Assembly: GCA_002269645.1 (NCBI GenBank)
Contig: NIVC01000862.1
Span: forward strand, 310,001 to 374,000
Origin: Macrostomum lignano
Lineage: Eukaryota
Direction of reading: 5' to 3'
DNA: 64,000 nucleotides
In this document: piece by piece, positions 61,219 through 64,000 of the stretch
How the letters are laid out: every line of letters begins with the position of its first letter
Numbering within the stretch: position 1 is the first letter of the stretch
Position numbers and translations under genes: made by a program
Notes under the pieces: model-generated
Database searches by the model: none
What the model was told of the DNA's origin: nothing
The model's input: only the letters and a program-made list of their open reading frames with translations

Positions 61219-63344
61219 TTAAATCGTTTCTGGAAGACGCCAAGAAAGACTTCCAGGACAAATGGGACCGGCCGGCCCAGAACACGGCTCATCTGGACGA
61301 TTTTGACCGAGTTCGAACCCTCGGCACCGGCAGCTTCGGTCGGGTGATGCTGGTGCAGCACAAACAGTCCAAGAACTTCTACGCTATGAAGATACTGGAC
61401 AAGCAGAAGGTGAGTATTATTAATTAATTAATCATGTAGTTGAAAATTAACTCACTTAACTTGTTAAAATATTCTCGCAGGTTGTAAAGCTGAAGCAGGT
61501 TGAGCACACTCTCAATGAGAAACGAATTCTTCAGGCTATCAACTTTCCGTTCCTTGTACGACTTGACTACAATTTCAAGGTGCGAAACTCTTATTTAAAG
61601 TGAAAGTAAATGAAATACTTTATATAGAGATGCGCTACTTCATGCGCAACGTTCTTTACCCAAGGTACACACCTCACACAAGCCAGTCTCTCTTACTCCA
61701 ATGTACCCACCCCACCCAAGCCAGTCTCTCTTACCCCAATGTACACACACACACACCCCAAGCCAGTCTTTCTTACTCCAATGTTCACACACGCACCCCA
61801 AGCCAGTCTTTCTAATCCAATGTACACACACGCACCCCAAGCCAGTCTTTCTTACTCCAATGTACACACCCCACCCCAAGCCAGTCTCTCTTACTCCAAT
61901 GTACACACACACCCCAAGCCAGTCTTTCTTACTCCAATGTACACACCCCACCCCAAGCCAGTCTCTCTTACTCCAATGTACACACACACCCCAAGCCAGT
62001 CTTTCTTACTCCAATGTACACACCCCACCCCAAGCCAGTCTCTCTTACTCCAATGTACACACACACCCCAAGCCAGTCTTTCTTACTCCAATGTACACAC
62101 CCCACCCCAAGCCAGTCTCTCTTACCCCAATGTACACGCACCCCAAGCCAATCTCTCTTACCCCAATGTACACGCACCCCAAGCCAGTCTCTCTTACCCC
62201 AATGTACACGCACCCCAAGCCAGTCTCTCTTACCCCAATGTACACGCACCCCAAGCCAGTCTCTCTTACCCCAATGTACACACACCCCAAGCCAGTCTCT
62301 CTTACTCCAATGTACCCACCCCACCCAAGCCAGTCTCTCTTACCCCAATGTACACACACACACACCCCAAGGCAGTCTCTCTTACCCCAATGTACACACA
62401 CCCCAAGCCAGTCTCTCTTACTCCAATGTACCCACCCCACCCAAGCCAGTCTCTCTTACCCCAATGTACACACACACACACCCCAAGCCAGTCTTTCTTA
62501 CTCCAATGTTCACACACGCACCCCAAGCCAGTCTTTCTAATCCAATGTACACACACGCACCCCAAGCCAGTCTTTCTTACTCCAATGTACACACCCCACC
62601 CCAAGCCAGTCTCTCTTACCCCAATGTACACACACACACACCCCAAGCCAGTCTTTCTTACTCCAATGTTCACACACGCACCCCAAGCCAGTCTTTCTAA
62701 TCCAATGTACACACACGCACCCCAAGCCAGTCTTTCTTACTCCAATGTACACACCCCACCCCAAGCCAGTCTCTCTTACTCCAATGTACACACACACCCC
62801 AAGCCAGTCTTTCTTACTCCAATGTACACACCCCACCCCAAGCCAGTCTCTCTTACTCCAATGTACACACACACCCCAAGCCAGTCTTTCTTACTCCAAT
62901 GTACACACCCCACCCCAAGCCAGTCTCTCTTACTCCAATGTACACACACACCCCAAGCCAGTCTTTCTTACTCCAATGTACACACCCCACCCCAAGCCAG
63001 TCTCTCTTACCCCAATGTACACGCACCCCAAGCCAATCTCTCTTACCCCAATGTACACGCACCCCAAGCCAGTCTCTCTTACCCCAATGTACACGCACCC
63101 CGAGCCAGTCTCTCTTACCCCAATGTACACGCACCCCAAGCCAGTCTCTCTTACCCCAATGTACACACACCCCAAGCCAGTCTCTCTTACCCCAATGTGC
63201 ACATCCCATTCCAAGCCAGTTTTCATTGTATGAATGACTTCTAAAACTCCCCAACGAACAGGACAACAGCAATCTGTACATGGTACTCGAATTTGTGAAT
63301 GGTGGAGAAATGTTTTCACACCTGCGACGTATCGGCCGATTTAG
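61219..63344 (+). CDS. PRKACA: cAMP-dependent protein kinase catalytic subunit; exons 61219-61409, 61481-61579, 63262-63344; gene continues beyond the window
   Basis: [34 protein letters not shown]|[28 protein letters not shown]|[27 protein letters not shown], with GT-AG introns in phase. Paralogue assignment (alpha versus beta) is not meaningful here. Confidence 0.96.
61665..63215. repeat. Minisatellite of about 38-40 bp (ccccaagccagtctctcttactccaatgtacacacaca) in a PKA intron
   Basis: Directly visible, with higher-order blocks. Confidence 0.93.
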
Positions 63345-63859
63345 GTAAGCGATATGGTTTAGCATTATATGAAAATTAGCTTTAATTACTTTACCACGAA
63401 TTATAGTGACTGTCCTTGTGATGTAGTTAAGACACAGTTTTAAATGGTTAAACTACATTGCGAGTAAGAAGCTCGATTGCGGAGCTAAATACATGTAACT
63501 CCTACAATTATATGGTCAGAACTCAGTTATAAATAATTTTGAAACTTTGCGCAAAAAATAATATCTTATCAGTTAAAGAGACTCCTAGAAATTCTAGTGG
63601 CTATCGTAGATTCCTACAGTGTGAAAGAAATGTAGGCATGAAATCTATATCGCTGCCCGCCAGTACACCCGCCAGTTTTATAGTTGTTTTAATCAACCAT
63701 TGCAGCTTTTGAGATTGCTTAGTTGCTTTTTCTGTGCCTGATTTTTTGTAGGCAATAATTTGAGCGCTATAGTTTGGATTTTTTTCAAGTTTTACTGTAT
63801 GTTTTTTATTTCAGAATTACAGCTGTGATTTTTCATGAGGAAAAGAGACCTAATGAGGT

Positions 63860-64000
63860 GTAGAACTCCTAATTGCATAGGTGGTAGAAAATCTAATTAC
63901 AGGTGGTAAGAAGATCTAATTACAGGTGGTAAGGAGATCTAATTACAGGTGGTAAGAAAAGATATAATTACAGGTGGTAAAAAGATCTAATTACAGGTGG
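63860..64000. repeat. 23-24-bp tandem repeat (ctaattacaggtggtaagaagat)
   Basis: Directly visible; runs off the window end. Confidence 0.85.

Overview
Intron- and minisatellite-rich invertebrate animal DNA. The GC-rich exons and repeat style suggest a flatworm such as Macrostomum, but this is inference only. From 1 to 10.3 kb lie decayed transposons: piggyBac, CACTA/EnSpm-like, P-element/THAP9-like and a Penelope-like fragment. At 11.2-12.5 kb are two exons of an HR96/NR1J-like nuclear receptor ligand-binding domain. At 17172-30125 is a 12,954-bp Maverick/Polinton virus-like element with AGTAGT termini and a perfect 6-bp target-site duplication (AGTATC). It encodes integrase, minor and major capsid proteins, adenain protease, packaging ATPase, two conserved ORFs and a DEDD-like protein, but no DNA polymerase is detectable. 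It is rearranged into a near-palindrome. Its 2.7-kb arms carry a convergent pair of host-type transcription-factor homologues, a divergent TATA-binding protein and a PC4/Sub1-domain protein; this is the most interesting signal in the window. Downstream are a PCYT1-like gene (5 exons), EFHC2 (10 exons), a 3'-truncated LOA/R1-type LINE inside a minisatellite, and the 5' part of a PKA catalytic-subunit gene with candidate alternative first exons and introns filled with tandem repeats. All homology calls come from motif recognition by eye; no database searches were run.
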